From assembly GCA_949358305.1 (NCBI GenBank), contig OX442314.1, positions 16,926,001 to 16,990,000 on the forward strand: a stretch of 64,000 nt of DNA. Reading direction: 5' to 3'. Both the position numbers and the translations under genes were made by a program. The stretch comes from Strigamia acuminata. Taxonomy: Eukaryota. This document shows, piece by piece, positions 21,873 to 35,926 of this stretch (its first letter is position 1; each line of letters begins with the position of its first letter). A model generated the notes under the pieces. The model ran no database searches. It saw nothing but the letters and a program-made list of their open reading frames with translations, and had not been told where the DNA came from.

Positions 21873-24800
21873 TCAGCTTTGATCCAAAGTTTTTGGATTA
21901 TTTTCGTCTCTTCTGGGAACCCAATTGTTCTGTCGCAAATCTGTGACATCTTGCAACATGAAACGAACTCTCGGCGATGCCTGTCGCTTATTAATGATTT
22001 CCTTCATCATTCGAAAGTAAGAGTTCATCTTATCATCCTACATAAAATAAATACCGCAATTAGAACACAACTTTTTTTAAACTGTAATTTAATTTCCACT
22101 TGCCACTGGTTCTTTATTATTGCTTTGGCTCTTCTCTGGATCAATGTCTTTTCCGATAGTTGTTAACAATATGCAAAAACATTCTAATGAATGGTCATCT
22201 TCCTGATTGAGCAATTTTTTTAGACAATCATGTATGATGCTGGCAGTGAGCATGTGCAACTTAAAAAGTTCGCCAATAAATCTACGCGAAATAAAAGAAA
22301 CATTATTTTCGACGATCAACACGATAAATTATTCAACAACCTTATATTCCCTAGCGATCTCCTTTTCGCTTTTCTTTCCAAATCCTCCAATTCTTCGTCC
22401 AATTCACGTTTCTTAGCTTCATCCTATAACAATAACATTCGTTTCGTTATTCACATTAAAAACCCCCTAAATATTCTCACATCAGGAAACATTTCCTTGG
22501 CCCTCTTGATTCTCGCAACATCATCCGCAGTGTCTCTTTCAAATTCCTTCTGGCATTTATTGAGCAGTAATTTACGAAAGTACTGGTATACAAAGTGATT
22601 ATCTTGATTTCCTGTAGGGACTTTTTTCATAGCTAGACACTTGCATAAGTCAGCAACACTGAAATTAGGTTCATCTAATGCCTGGCAAATAATTAACACA
22701 AAATAAACAATAATTCTACTTGGCCAACAAATAATTGCTTACTTTTTCAAACACTAAGTTAGTAACACCCATTAGCCTTTCTTCAGTGTCTATACTTAAA
22801 TCGTTTACTTGTTTCGATAATGTGTTAAACTTCTCCGGTGTCAACTCATTGAGAATACCTCCGAATCTTTTATATAAATCCTAAGAATATTCAAAAAAGT
22901 TAACACAATGCATTAATAATTGTGATTAAAATAAAATAAAATATTAAAAAAAATAAAATCACCGAATCGGAATTATCGATTTTATGGCCCACTATTTCCT
23001 CAGTCAGATCTCCAGACGTAGTGGGATCTTGAATACGAATTAGTTTTTTCTCTCGTTTGGGTAATTGGGGCTGTTGAGACGGCGGCATTGACGGCACCGG
23101 ATGTCGGGGCATCATATGACTGTAGAACACTAAAAGCCAGACGACGAAATGCAAGTCAGAACCGAATTTGATCAAATGAAGATCACTCTTATTGTTACCT
23201 GGAGGATTTCCACCTCCGTAATGCGTAAATGGCGTATTCGCGGTCGAAACGTACATAGTCTGAGCTGGAGACTGGACTTGGTAAGGCTGTTGAGGAGGAT
23301 ATTGAATCCTGTACTGTAAAAGCGCAACAAACTCCTTCATTAGTTGTACGACTTGAAAAGGAACTCATCAACTCACATTAGGTGTACCACCACCCGTCAT
23401 GTGCTGCATAGTATTAATTTGCTGCGGTGGCGGTTGTTGAGTGTGAGCATAAAGCGACTGTTGTTGCTGGGTAGCAGTCGCCGGGTTTATACCCATATTT
23501 ATTCCTGGGCGTTGATTAACCGAAGAAACCTGTGGCCGAGGTGGTGGTTGACGAGAATAAAATGGCTGCAAGTTCTGCATAGTTTTGACAATTATTTCAC
23601 TTCATTTATGCAAAGGTTATATTTTAATTACCGGAGGCATGTGTGTTCCGAATACCATCGGAGTATTGGACGCACCTGGCTTCCCAGATTGGCACTGCTT
23701 ACCCATATCGTGGGTGTTAGTATTTGCGGACGTTCGCTGCTGATGTTCTGCCAAACGCATTTGTTGATTAGGATACATACTTTGGATATCCGCATCCAAT
23801 TCGTTTTCCTCAACCGATTCGTTTTCCGCTTCCTCCAGCCAACCATAAAAAGAACGGACAGAGTTCAAAGCCACGCTTTTACCCTCCTGTTCTACAGGAT
23901 CTTCACTCATCTTCCATAGTAAGAAAGTATCCTCAGAAATTATCTCTTCGTCATAAAGGAACCCGAAAAATGTGCACAATATTCCTAAATTAAATAAAAG
24001 AAATCAGTTCAAATTCTAACTTCACTTTGATCAATTATATTTCATCACCTTTCGGTTGTTCCAATTGATGCATAAGAGCTTGCAGGGCGTAAAGTGCTTG
24101 CATTTCGCACGCTTCTGAATGATCCAAGTATTTTCTTAAAATATTACAACGATTTCTCAATAGAGCTTCATCCACTTGTATCGTTGAGTCATCTGTAAAC
24201 ATGAAAAACCAAAGAGAAAATTGTTTTTATAAAATGTTCATTAATGTGCAAACAGTATGGTCTTACTACTTTTTCCTAATACACTTTGACATACAGCTAT
24301 CATTAAAGCACGAACAAATGATGCTTCGTGACATTGGCTTTCATTCAGGTGTGCCTACAGTTAAAAAAATAAAATCAACAAAAATCGACTTGTTTATTTG
24401 GTAATGTATTTCTCACGTCTATCCAATCGAAAATTTCTTCAATTTCAGTTTGCTTATTAGCAAATAGTGCAGTTAACTCGGTTTTCAGTTGCCCGGAAGA
24501 AAAATTGGTAGTTTTGCAAGGCTCTGGTGGCTTCACTGTAAACTCTAACTTCTGTCAGCATCCGACAAATATACATATATATAAAACCAGAACATGAGAC
24601 AATAAACCAATTTTACATTCTCCTTAATGAATTCTTCTGTCTTTACACTAGATAGTAAAAATTGAGACCATTGTAAATTCCACGATCTCCACAATTCACC
24701 AACTTCGTGCGTTCCCTTAATTAAAAAACAACAAATAAATCGTTTTGTTTTTAAATATCCAAGAAAAGTGGTATTACCAATTTCTTAGAAACAGCATGCA

Positions 24801-27800
24801 AAACGGCAGTCACAAAATAGCCAGCACAACCTGTTTCGTAACAGGGCTGGGCTACCTCGTGAAGACATATCAAAGGTAATGTACTATCTTCAATCAAAGG
24901 CGCAATTAATTCGCCTAAATATTCCCAAATATGAGGAATATCAATTGCATAATCTTTAACCAAACTCAGAATTGCTTGAAGGCTGCAAAAAAAAATAAGA
25001 AATAATAAGTATTGAAAAGAAAAAAAATAAATAAAGACATTGCATTAACCTTACCCTTTAATATACTGCTCAGGAGTCATAACTTTCGCCTTTATTAAAT
25101 CATGCATCAGCTGACCAACCTGTTGCCTTATTTTAGGCGAGCGCTCTAGAACGCAATTGAATGCATGAGTAACAAAAAAAGAAATTGTTGTGGAAGCAAA
25201 TATTTCTGAAACGCACAAAATAGCTTCCTAGAAGCACAAAAATTCAAATTTAGATACGTTTTAGAACCGCTAAAACAAAATAAATATCCTACTTGAAAAT
25301 CAGAAATATGTAAAAATTCATCGATTAGTGCCTTAGCTCTCCTTTCAATTTCCTTTTCAGTTAAGTCGGGATTTCCTCTCAGAACAACATCTTTTTTCTC
25401 TTCGCTGGTAGTACTACTCTCTCTACTGCTACCTCTTGCAGCATGTCTACTTTCCGTAACCAGCGGCAATTGCTTCTTTTTTTCCCTGCCATGCACAACA
25501 GCTTTGCTACGATGCTGATCAGGGGGTGCCATTTGAATACCTCGACCTTTACTTGAGTCCCGAGACGGCGAAAGAGAGTTTCTGAATTTTAAAACAATTA
25601 TTATTTTCGTAAACAAACACAAAATAATTTTTTTTACCGATTAATTCCTCTTCTTGGTTCGTTATTATTACTTTTGCTTTTCTCTGGATCAATGTTTTCT
25701 CCGATAATTGTAAGCATTGTGGACAAAACTTCGAACGATTCCTCATCTTCATAATTGAGCAATTTTTTTAGGCAGTCGCACATGATGCTGGCAGTGAGCA
25801 TGTGCAACTCAAAGAGTTCACCAATAAATCTACACGAAATAGAAAAGCATTATTTTCTAGAATTTCTTTCAACTAATCAACACAATAAATTATTCAACCT
25901 TATATTTCCTAGTGACCTCGTTTTCGCTTTTCTTTCCAAATCCTGCAATTCCTCATCCGATTCCTCAGCCAATTCATCTTTCATAGCTTTATCCTTCAAT
26001 AAAATTCGTTATTCACATGCTGCCTTAAAAACCCCATAAATATTCTCACATCGGTAAACATTTCGTTGTCTCTCTTAACTTTCGTAATATCAGCAGGACT
26101 GTCTCCTTCAAATTCCTTCTGGCATTTTTTGAGCAAGAATTCACGAAATTTTACAAAGTGATTATCTTGATTTCCTGTAGGGATTTTTTTCATTCTTAAA
26201 CGTTGGCATAAATTGGTGTAAGCGATACTGAAATTAGGTTCATCTAATGCCTGGCAAAAAAAATTAACACAATATCAACAACAATTCTACTTGGCAAAAC
26301 AAATAACTGCTTACTTTTTCAAAAACTAAGTCAATAACACCCATTAGCCTTTCTTCAATGATTGACTGGCATTTAACTTGAGCCTGATAAAATTTCACGA
26401 AAATCAAATAAACGCATAAATAACAAACTAAAAAAATACTTACATCCCTAGGTTTGGCACAAGACTTTACATATCCAGGAGTATGAGATCTTTGAAACCC
26501 AGCTAGACTAACGGGCTTTGTTTTATTAGACTTTAAAAAACAACATCAAACAGTTAAAAAAAAAGAAAAAAAAAAAAAAAAAAAAAAACTCTTATATTAC
26601 CCAATCTGTAACTGAATCCTTTATAACTTCCAGATCTGGTAAACCTTCTGGTTTTCGTAAGGACAGTGTCTGAAACTGCATTTGCAGCAAAAATGATCGA
26701 TCATATTGTCGTTTTCCTTCAGGATTTAAAGGACTCCATTGATCTAAAACCACAAAGAAATCCAGTTAAACATTCACCCCAATCTCCTAAACATCGTTTA
26801 CTAACCTTTCTTAGAAATAGTTTGACTTTTGGTAATAGGTTGATCTATTACATCAATCACTTGTTCATTCCTCTCAAAATCTTGACTAACTTTAGTATTT
26901 TCTTCAATCTTTTCACTCAATTTACGTTCTTCCTCCTTAGAATTTATGTTATCAGTGAGAGAAACCTCTTGTGCGACCGCAGGACTACCTTCAGGTAAGT
27001 TAATCTAATAAAACAAGACATTTGCTCACATTCGTCTAATGTCTGGAAAAAATTTATCACAAAATCAACAATAATTGACCTGGCTAAACGAATATCTACC
27101 GGTACATACTTTTTCAAATACTAAGTCAATATCACCTATTAGTCTTTCTTTAGTGTCTATACTATACTCAAATCATTTTACTTGTTTCACTAATTTGTTA
27201 AACTACTTCACTGTTAACTTATTGAGAACACCTCTGACCGCGGAGTACGACTTTTGTCCGAGTCTCAGACATGAGCATCTGAATCTCTGTCTAAGTCTTT
27301 CCGAATTCTACCTACATTTTTCCGAATTCTACCTACATTTTTCCGAATTCTACCTACATTTTTCCGAATTCTACCTACATTTTTCCGAATTCTACCTACA
27401 TTTTTCCGAATTCTACCTACATTTTTCCGAATTCTACCTACATTTTTCCGAATTCTACCTACATTTTTCCGAATTCTACCTACATTTTTCCGAATTCTAC
27501 CTACATTTTTCCGAATTCTACCTACATTTTTCCGAATTCTACCTACATTTTTCCGAATTCTATCTACATTTTTCCGAATTCTACCTACATTTTTCCGAAT
27601 TTTAGCTACATCTTTCCGAATTTTACCTACATCTTTCCGAATTCTGCCTAAATCTTGCCAAATCTCTATTCAAATCTTTGCAAGTCTCTATCTGAATCTT
27701 TCAAAATGCCGCTCGAATTTGTCTGAATCCTGCCTTACTCCATACGAATCCTTCCAAATTTGTGAGAATCTTTCAAAACCCAAAACCGAATTGAAAAAAA

Positions 27801-28353
27801 AGATTCGAATCTCTTGACATGCAGATTCTGATTGTCGTACCCCCCGCCTCTGATTCTCATATAAATCCTACGAATATTCAAAAAAAATAACAGGATGCAG
27901 TATAACTATGACTCAATTCCTTACCTCGGTCGTCAGAGTTTCGGTATCAGTATCTTTGCCAAGTTCGTGAGTAGGCCTCCATACATTGTCAGGCTTATCC
28001 AACAGCACATCGAGATTGGAAAATGACGTTTGAATATATTTTTTCTTGATTAGATCGGCTATAAGTTCCTCTAACATTTTTTTGTGGCCTGGTTTAAACT
28101 TGAATTCTTCACAGAAATTGTAAAATATTCCATAGGCTTTGATACTTTTACGTGGTTCAACTTGCTTAATAATCTTTGCATGTTCAATTAAAAACACTTC
28201 AATTTCATTGACATCTGTTAATGAACTTAAACTATGTTCATTATCGTATCCAGTAATTTCTAAGCAAAAACGAACTTCTTCCGGCAGAAGTAATAATGTT
28301 TCCTTAAAACCCGAGTTGACAACGGCACCTTGATCTTGGTCTTCGTTGTCCAT
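21873..28353 (-). CDS. Chimeric, circularly permuted eIF4G gene B: novel N-term - 4E-binding motif - partial MIF4G - MA3 - W2 - N-terminal region/PABP motif - complete second MIF4G (predicted)
   Basis: ATG at 28353. YDRSFLL at 26685-26705. W2 read-through in ORF 23617-23979 ([27 protein letters not shown]). [18 protein letters not shown] motif. The phase-0 donor DNSDS|GT joins the phase-0 DLYKRF exon at 22881. Ends KTLDQS* at 21873. Requires skipping the MITE-disrupted exon at about 27110-27868. Confidence 0.55.
27231..27854. mobile_element. hAT-like MITE (duplicate of 10783-11206) with expanded 21-bp minisatellite
   Basis: Same TSD and TIRs. About 14 near-perfect repeat units here versus about 4 in the other copy. 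Confidence 0.75.
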
Positions 28354-28682
28354 GACAGAAATCTAAATGGAGATGCTGTGGTAAACTTTCAACCCGCACT
28401 CCTGGTCGTGTAGTCAGCCCCGTGTGGTGTCATATGAGCACAGATTAAGGGAATTCCCCTTATCCGTGCTCGTGACCACGCAACACAATGCCAGGAACGT
28501 TTCAGCGCCATCGTGTGGCAACGTTTGTCCCAACACGGAAAAACATTGTGATTAAATCTGAAACAAATTCGAAAAAGACTTACTGTATAAATTGGAAATC
28601 TAGATGTATACTGAGATTTTAGATTTAGTATGAGTTTAAAGATTTGGCTTCAACTTTTAACTATTTGCTTTCAGACATTAAA

Positions 28683-28975
28683 ATGAGTGTCCAACCCGCG
28701 GCCCCCAGGCCGCATGCGGCTTAGAATCGCTATAGGGCTGCGGCATTTAATTTTTTTTTATATTCTAGTGTTTGTTTTCTTTAGACAACAAACAGCATTG
28801 AAATTAGGATTATTATACGAGGATTCTTTGCTTACCTGTGGTGGTGTATATCAAGAAAATTATGTATGGACTTTTTTTTTTGCTCATCAGCTATCGTCGG
28901 TGTATTTTATGTGTGGCCCAAACAATTCCTCTTCTTCCAATGTTGCCTGGGAAGCCAAGATGTTGGACATCACTG
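28683..28975. mobile_element. MER30-like hAT MITE, copy 3
   Basis: Near-identical to 12361-12651. Confidence 0.7.
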
Positions 28976-31139
28976 CTTTAAAACTTTTGCTCAATTTTGC
29001 TCCAATTTGTAAGATTTTGTGGATTTCCAGGATTTCATGAGCTTTGATTAATTTCAAAACTAGCTACTCTAGCTACATGTATTATATTTTAGTTTAATTC
29101 ACCTTGGCCGCCACATACAGTGGGGGGGCAAAACTAAATTAAGAAATGTGACATGTTGAATCTCATGGCTCTATCTCGGGGAAAAAAAGGAGAAAAACCA
29201 ATAATGAAATTTTAACTGAATACTTGTCTAACATTCTGCTTTGTTCTCCTAAATTTTTTTTTTAAATCTATCCGTTAGTTCTGAAGAAAAAAATTATTTC
29301 GTGAAGTGACATCAAAAATTAAGAGGCAAAAGTAAGTTAACAACTCTGTTAACCATCGAGAAACATAACTATTCTCACCCCGAGAAACATTTCCTTGGTT
29401 TTTTTTTATTCTCGCAACAACATCTGCAGTCTCTCTTTCAAATTCCTTCTGGCATTTATTGAGCAGTAATTTATGAAATATCACGAAAGTTATTATCTTG
29501 ATTTCTCATATATACTTTTTTCTTAGCTAAACATTTGCATAATTTGGCATAAGCAACACTGAAATTAAGTTTATGTAATGCCTACCAAGACATTAACAGA
29601 ACATCAATAATAATTCTACTTGGCAAAACAAATTAAAAGTTTGCCCATCTGTGAATGTGTGAGGGATTTCGTTTTTGTGCCTGCTTATAGTGTAGTCTCG
29701 CAAGTAAACGGCGATTAAAAAGTCCTTCATTTTGACTCAATCAACGAATGAGGTCCACTTATTTAGTTATTTGAACACTATTATATATTTTCGGCTTGGC
29801 TCACCTTTTAGGAAGTGGAGGCTTTGCCTGAAAGCATTGGGATGACTGGAAGAGACCCCTCGATCTATTTTTCGTCTCAGCCTTTTTGAATTTCCTTATA
29901 AAAACTCAAACTGGCAGAAACCACTTTAAAAAAAAAAACCACACCAGCCGTAGTTTTTGTTTCTGAAGTTTTTTGTGATCGTTTTCAGCTGTTTTTGATG
30001 CCTATTCTGTTACTTACAGAAACTTTCAATGCACACCTATTGAGATAAAGTAAGCTTTCTTAGATTTTCCTTCAAATTTTAATTATCTACCGTCAGACTC
30101 TAAAATTTTGCGCAATTTTGCTGCAGTTTTCATGAATTTATATGATTTTAGGTATTACATGAGATTTCATGGGTTTCATGATTTACAAAATCCAAATTCT
30201 TGACTCCTAAGATATCCACCATTGGCTATCCTCTCAGCTTTGATTCGTGTTTTATACTTAAAATTAATCGTGCTTTCAAATAAGGCTAGTGTCTGTTAAA
30301 TTTGCATAATGCAAAATTACCGTAAACTTTTTTTTTTCCAGTTTTTATTTTATTGGTTATTGAACAACAAAGGTTTTGTCATACAATGTGCATTTACCCA
30401 ATATTAAACCTAAAGCCAGACGCCCCACAAACTCAGCGATGCATTATATTATGTAATTCCCCATTATCTCAATTAATATAATAATAATATATGTAAATGA
30501 AAGAATAATTTTCTAGGAAAAAAGATTTGAGGAGCTATAATGGATAAATTTATTTCATTTGGCTGATCACCTCAAATTTCCCTATTCCTGTGTTAGATTT
30601 CACCTCGCTATTGTACTTCTGCAATCGAAATCTTGAGAAACAAATAGAACTCATGGTTAATACTTGGTTATAATATAATTTACACAAACGTAAATATAAC
30701 TGGCTACTCTAGCTGCAATATACAAAACAATTGGCAATGCTTTTTTTTTTGTTGTATTCATGACAATATACAACTCGAGACTCCATTACAACATGCCTTT
30801 TTTATCAGTCACAATTTTGTTAAAGCAGTCCAAAGGCCAATTTAAGCCATTTTTCTTACCAAAAAAACAAGAAAAAATAAATTTTAATCGACTTAAAAAT
30901 CATGCAGCCATCATAAGAAACAATAATTAAAAAACAAAAACTGTAGTGAAAAAAAAAAAGAAAAAAAAAACACTTTCGGAAGAAAAAAAATAATACATAT
31001 ACGATTGTACCCTAAAATCCCCCCCTCCCCCTCGTTAGTGCGGCAGCAACGACGATGGGGTGGAGCAGCCAGTCGATGTTCGGAGCATAGGCCAGTAGAT
31101 TTGATGGGTTGTGATTACTTTCTAAGGGGAAGCCATGAC

Positions 31140-32292
31140 TCAGCTTTGATCCAAAGTTTTTGGATTATTTTCGTCTCTTCTGGGAACCCAATTGTTCTGT
31201 CGCAAATCTGTGACATCTTGCAACATGAAACGAACTCTCGGCGATGCTTGTCGCTTATTAATGATTTCCTTCATCATTCGAAAGTAAGAGTTCATCTTAT
31301 CATCCTACATAAAATAAATACCGCAATTAGAACACAACTTTTTTTAAACTGTAATTTAATTTCCACTTGCCACTGGTTCTTTATTATTGCTTTGGCTCTT
31401 CTCTGGATCAATGTCTTTTCCGATAGTTGTTAACAATATGCAAAAACATTCTAATGAATGGTCATCTTCCTGATTGAGCAATTTTTTTAGACAATCATGT
31501 ATGATGCTGGCAGTGAGCATGTGCAACTTAAAAAGTTCGCCAATAAATCTACGCGAAATAAAAGAAACATTATTTTCGACGATCAACACGATAAATTATT
31601 CAACAACCTTATATTCCCTAGCGATCTCCTTTTCGCTTTTCTTTCCAAATCCTCCAATTCTTCGTCCAATTCACGTTTCTTAGCTTCATCCTATAACAAT
31701 AACATTCGTTTCGTTATTCACATTAAAAACCCCCTAAATATTCTCACATCAGGAAACATTTCCTTGGCCCTCTTGATTCTCGCAACATCATCCGCAGTGT
31801 CTCTTTCAAATTCCTTCTGGCATTTATTGAGCAGTAATTTACGAAAGTACCGGTATACAAAGTGATTATCTTGATTTCCTGTAGGGACTTTTTTCATAGC
31901 TAGACACTTGCATAAGTCAGCAACACTGAAATTAGGTTCATCTAATGCCTGGCAAATAATTAACACAAAATAAACAATAATTCTACTTGGCCAACAAATA
32001 ATTGCTTACTTTTTCAAACACTAAGTTAGTAACACCCATTAGCCTTTCTTCAGTGTCTATACTTAAATCGTTTACTTGTTTCGATAATGTGTTAAACTTC
32101 TCCTGTGTCAACTCATTGAGAATATCTCCGACTCTTTTATATAAATCCTAAGAATATTCAAAAAAGTTAACACAATACAGTTTCCGAATAAAACGTATTC
32201 CTTACCTCGGTCTTAAGAGCCTCGGTGTCTGTATCCTTGCCAAATTTATGAGTACGCCTCCAAGCACCTTGATCTTGGTCTTCGTTGTCCAT
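31140..32292 (-). CDS. Stand-alone MIF4G minigene C2 (duplicate of C1, offset 16324)
   Basis: Same exons and splice sites as 14816-15968; the ORF-track translations are identical. Confidence 0.65.
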
Positions 32293-32757
32293 GACAGAAA
32301 TCTAGATGGAGATGCTGTGGTAAACTTTCAACCCGCACTCCTGGTCGTGTAGTCAGCCCCGTGTGGTGTCATATGAGCATAGATATAGATTACTATATCT
32401 ATGATATGAGCACAGATTAAGGGAATTCTCCTCTTCTGTGCTCGTGACCACGCAACACAATGCCAGGAACGTTTCAGCGCCATCGTGTGGCAACGTCAAG
32501 ATGTAGATGCTGTGGTAAACTTTCAACGAGCACTCCGGGTAGCAGTTGTTGTGGTTTTATTTAGTTTGATTATTTTAGATCTTTGAAATGATTTAAAATG
32601 ACTAATATTTAATAATAAAATGTTTTTAAAAGTCTGGAAGCAATGTTTTAAGCTGTTACTTTTTCAAAATTCATGATTCGTCAGTTCGCTCAGTTTATCG
32701 GTTGTTATGTCAAGCTTGTTTTGAAATTTATGATCGATTATTCTGTTTGGACACAAA

Positions 32758-34840
32758 ATGGCTTCCCGCAACTCGAGTGTTTGCTCTCCGGATATTTCCA
32801 AAGTTTCTTCCCGCGACTCCAGTGTTTGCAGTCCATCTCCTGATCTTCTTGACTTTCTTCCAACTCCGGCACACAGTAGGCGCACACGTCGAGGTGGTGT
32901 CCACCTCCCGAAAATCCCCGTGGCTGAATTTAAGAAATTCGAGAAAGGTCGCCCCATTAATAGACAGGCAAAGCAGATTGTATTGAATTTATTTAATCAA
33001 TTTTTTCATAAGCAACCTGAAGTTGGTTGTAAAGAGTTGATTAAACTTCTGTCAAATGTAACCGGTTTGGGAATTCAAAGCATACAGAAAATAAGAAGAG
33101 AGATGAATGATAAAGGTGAGTAAAAACATTGAAGTTTAAAAATAAAAATTAACACTTTCTTTTGGTTTAGGACAATTGAAAACACCAGGGAAGAAGAGGT
33201 GCGGTGATTTTCGGAAGCGTATGAACAAATATGATTCGTTCACACAATCCGCTATTCGTGCGAAAGTGCACGAATTTTTCCGTAGAGGTGAGGTGCCCAC
33301 ACTGAAAAAGGTTGTAGCCAAAATTCAGAATGATGAGACACTTCCGAGTTTAAGCAAAGAAGCATTACGTTTATTTCTACACGACATCGGTTTCAAGTTT
33401 ATGAAACATAAAAGCAATGCAGCTTTAATTGAACGCGAAGACATAGTCGCTTGGAGAAGGAAGTATTTGCGTCAGATTAGCGGTTATCGCCGAGAAGGAA
33501 GAAAAATTTATTACATGGACGAAACATCGGTTAATGCAGGTTATTAACTGAAATTATAATTTAATTTGAAATTTGAAATTAACTAAATGCTAATTCTTAT
33601 TGTAGGTGAAAATGTAAGCAAATCACACACAAATGGTTTTCTGAGTACTGGACTGAAACATCCCACACCCAAAGGAGGTAGGCATATTGTTGCTTACATT
33701 GGAAGTGACACAGGTTTCATCAAGAATGGTTTACTTCTTTTCAAGTAATTTAAATTACATTAATCTGGAAGTATTGTGTATTTAATTATTGTAATTACTT
33801 TTAGAGCTACCGGTAAGAAATCTGATGATACCTACCACTCAAAGATGATCTCGGTAAACTTTATGAAGTGGATGGAAACTATTTTTCCAAACTTGGAAAA
33901 AGGCAGTGTGATAGTGATGGATAATGCATCCTATCACACTGAAGAATTGGATCCAACACCCACAACTGAATGGCTTAAAGCCGATATCCAAAAATGGTGC
34001 ATTGACCATAATGCACATTTTGAGGATAATTATGTAAAGGCTGAGTTACTGGAGGTATTCTATTTTAAAATATAACAATAATTTAATATATCATCAATAC
34101 TTATTTATTATACTAGGTTGTAGCTACAATAAAAAACAATTTTGTCAGCTATGTCTTTGATTCCAGAGCCCAGGATTTAGGGTTCAAAGTTTTGCGCTTG
34201 CCTCCACACCACTCTTGCCTAAATCCAATTGAAATGGTTTGGAGACAGGTCAATAATTGAATAAACTTGCTGCATCTAAACACAAAAGAAATTGTATTAT
34301 AAAAAAAATAAAATTACAGGTTAAGCACCATGTTCGCTTTAACAACACCACATTTAAATTGCCACAAGTCAAACAACTGATGCGACAAGGGACTGTAGTA
34401 GTGACGTCCCAGCAATGGGAAAGTTATTTTTCGCATGTAAAAAGGAAGGTTTGTAAATTAATAATTCATATTCGTTCTTATCTTGTCTCATATACAACAT
34501 TCTATTGAAGGAACAACAAATGTGGGATCAGGAAGAATTAATCGATGATGTAATGGAGCAATTCATCATTAACGCCGGGGATGATTCATCAAGTGATGAA
34601 GATTTATCAAGTGGTGAAGATTTCTCAGACTGCCAAGATAATGATGAAGACGCTACAACAACTGCAACAAACACAACTTGTCTCAATCCTTTCCTTCTGC
34701 AACGAATAAAAACCGAAGATTTATCAAGTGATGAAGATTTCCCAGACAACCACGATAATGATGAAGATACTACAACAATTGCAACAAACACAACTTATGT
34801 CAATTCTTTCCTTCTGCAACAAATAAAAACCGAATTTTGA
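32758..34840 (+). CDS. DD82E (Sailor-type) ITm transposase, copy 2
   Basis: Duplicate of 16434-18516 at offset 16324. Two amino-acid differences are visible in the last exon (N/D and S/C). Confidence 0.88.
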
Positions 34841-35683
34841 AATAACAAATAAATTTGGTATTACATCGATAATCTATGACAGACAGACCGGACTTCATGT
34901 CTTAAATTCATCACTTGAGTCAGTAATCTTTCGTCTCATTTGCGGACTTCGGGCGACAAATCTCCCGTTTCTGATTAAATAAAATTAATTTTTTTTTTTA
35001 CTTTTGCTGACAATTTTCGTCTGAGCGCCCGTTGTTTTCTTCGATGGCTTTGTTGCCCACATCGTTAACACTTAAAATTCAAACAGAAATAAAACTGTAC
35101 ATCGATTGCAGTAACCTCAAATATATGAAAATAAATGCAAACAAAATGAATCGGTAAATTGATTATTACAATGACTTAATTAATTCCATAATTATGGTTC
35201 AGTGATTATTTTATAAAAAAGCCTGTACTCAGATCATCCTCTAATTCGAGAACAAATGTGCATCGGCCAGTATAAAAAGCTCTTCCTTCTACTTCAACAA
35301 TTACTGCCGGATATTTTCCACACTTGGTTAGGTTGTGACGATTCTACTTTTGGCTGAATAATTAGCCATTACAAGAGATAAATCGGTTTAAACAAGACAT
35401 TTCTACAACTAGAAATAACCTAACCGAGATAAGCTACGGAAGTCTGTACAACGTGAATATGTGATCAAATATAATAACTTACGATTTTCGTGTGATATAA
35501 TTACATGTTTATTAACATTACAACTGGGTTGTGGTTCTGGATAAGCATCGAGAGGGAAAATCTGGATCAAATTCGAAAGACTTACTATACAAATTGGAAA
35601 TCTAGATGTATCCTAAGATTTTAGATTTAGTAAGAGTTTAAAGATTTTCCTTCAAATTTTAATTATCTGCCTTCAGACTTAAA

Positions 35684-35926
35684 ACGGGTGTCCAACCCGC
35701 GACCCCCAGGCCGCATGCGGCTTTTAATTTTTTTTAAATATATTCTAGTGTTTGTTTTCTTTAGACAGCAAACAGCATTGAAATTAGGATTATTATACGA
35801 GTATTCTTTGCTTACCTGTGGTGGTGTATATCACGAAAATTTTGTATGGACTTTTTTTTTTGCTCATCAGCTATCGTCAGTGTATTTTATGTGTGGCCCG
35901 GGAAGCCAAGATATTGGACATCCCTG
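35684..35926. mobile_element. MER30-like hAT MITE, copy 4
   Basis: Near-identical to 19360-19603. Confidence 0.7.

Larger units (their letters stand above)
9050..21880. repeat. Segmental tandem duplication, unit 1 (matches about 25500-38200)
   Basis: Matching ORFs recur at offsets 16448 (9548/25996), 16337 (11576/27913) and 16324/16323 (12951/29275; 20437/36760). A nested repeat at about 7057 (15032/22089) is also present. Confidence 0.95.

Noticed and set aside
27075..27605. 176-aa ORF with (SEFYLHF)n
   Set aside because: Translation of the 21-bp minisatellite inside a MITE, antisense to an eIF4G exon copy.
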